Source: the human T2T-CHM13v2.0 reference genome, Homo sapiens. Taken from it: 64,000 nucleotides of DNA. Of the stretch, positions 62,379-64,000 are shown piece by piece. Each line of letters begins with the position of its first letter. Within the stretch, counting starts at the first letter, position 1. The stretch lies in the NCBI RefSeq assembly GCF_009914755.1, contig NC_060932.1. One strand, written 5' to 3'. Position numbers and translations under genes: made by a program. The notes beneath the pieces are model-generated. The model was not told the origin of the DNA. It saw only the letters and a program-made list of their open reading frames with translations, and made no database searches.

Positions 62379-62393
62379 TCTCTCTCTCTCTCA

Positions 62394-62441
<48 letters not shown>
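62379..62441. repeat. Compound (TC)n(TA)11 microsatellite
   Basis: Read directly from the sequence. Confidence 0.95.
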
Positions 62442-62557
62442 TTTGTGCCATCTGCCTGCTGTTAAAGAAAATGAGTATATACAACCAACACCTACAACTG
62501 CTAGAATCCACAATAATCTATCTCTTATACACACTTAATTAGTTTAGGGCTGAGGCA

Positions 62558-62895
62558 CAGTTATGCCATTGCTTAATGAAAGAAAAATGTTCTGAGAGAT
62601 GCATCATCAGGCAATTTTGTTGTTGTGTGAAGATCATGGAGTGTATTTTCACAAAGCTAGATGGTAGACCTACCGCACACCTGGGCCATATGGTATAGCC
62701 TATTGCTTCTAGGCTAACAAACCTGTACCACATGTGGCTATAATAAATACTGCAGTCAACTGTAACACTATGGTATTTGTGTATCTAAACACATCTAGAC
62801 AAAGAAAGGGTACAGTAAAAATATAGTATTATAATTATAGAACCACCCACATGTATTCGGTCCACTGACAAAATGTTACACATCACATAACTATA
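62558..62895. mobile_element. Tigger3/MER7-like relic
   Basis: GTTCTGAGAGATGCATCATCAGGCAATTTTGTTGTTGTGTGAA...GGTATAGCCTATTGCTTCTAGGCTA. Confidence 0.78.
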
Positions 62896-63447
62896 CTTTC
62901 AAAGAAGCCAAAATGACCTGAAAATGAGCATAATAGCTCATCATCTCCCCAAACCACATCCACCCAGAAGTTTCAGAGCAGGGTTTTCAGGTGTCAGAGA
63001 TCTTTCTGGAATGCAGGTTTCTTTTTTCCATTGAGACTTTCATTAGCATCTATCTATGGGCCAAGTGCTTTATCTTCTGCTACGTTCCTGACAGCAACTA
63101 AAGCAGATCAGTATTACTGTGTATGCACTAAGAGGTGCTTGAGCCAAATCCCAGCGAGAGGACAGGGGTCCCACTGGGGAGTCAACAATTAAATGCCAAG
63201 AGTTTGGAGTTGGCTGTGGAAGGATCTGAAGCCTTCTTCCCTGACCCCCTCCAGCCCTGACACCGAGCTACTTAGCACAGGTACTGGCTCGGGTTTCACA
63301 CAGACAGCAATCTGTGTGGACAGCTGCCTTGGTGGCCCTAGCAGTTTTGCTGCTTTTCCTCCTCTTTCCTCAATACTCAAGACCAGCTGTCTCCAAACAT
63401 TAATTAAACAAAAATAGCACATTTCAGGCATCATATGACTTTTGAAC

Positions 63448-63453
<6 letters not shown>

Positions 63454-63509
<56 letters not shown>
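63454..63509. repeat. Perfect (TA)28 microsatellite
   Basis: Read directly from the sequence. Confidence 0.97.
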
Positions 63510-63516
<7 letters not shown>

Positions 63517-63523
63517 CTATTTA

Positions 63524-63853
<330 letters not shown>

Positions 63854-64000
63854 TTAAATACAAGCTTTATAATGTAGTATTATGTATTTACAATATATCT
63901 AAAATAATAAAGCGTAAAATATTTTTAAATAATATTGTCTCACCCTGATGGACCATCCTGGAGCCCACAGATACCTAGCTCCAGGTTTCCAGTAGTTGAT

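Overview
Primate (apparently human) genomic DNA from inside CSGALNACT1 (chondroitin sulfate N-acetylgalactosaminyltransferase 1; human 8p21.3 by recall), transcribed on the minus strand. The window holds the 930-nt start-codon exon (54177-55106; codons 1-212), a 46.5-kb intron, the next coding exon (7421-7637; codons 212-284) and a probable alternative stop-containing exon starting at 6811. The rest is intron rich in interspersed repeats: 19 Alus, L1/L2/MIR fragments, ERV1 and MaLR solo LTRs, and DNA-transposon relics. Almost all ORFs in the supplied track are repeat-derived or shadow ORFs. I see no evidence of a new multi-gene system. The best leads are regulatory: five uORFs in the last 296 nt of the 5'UTR, including a 4-codon MADS* whose stop abuts the main AUG; a probable poison exon; a 35-bp CpG-rich VNTR; a 35-nt U2 snRNA retro-fragment with a target-site duplication; an antisense solo LTR with intact-looking promoter motifs; and three small tandem duplications. 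Repeat subfamily names are recognised by eye, and boundaries of old repeats are approximate.
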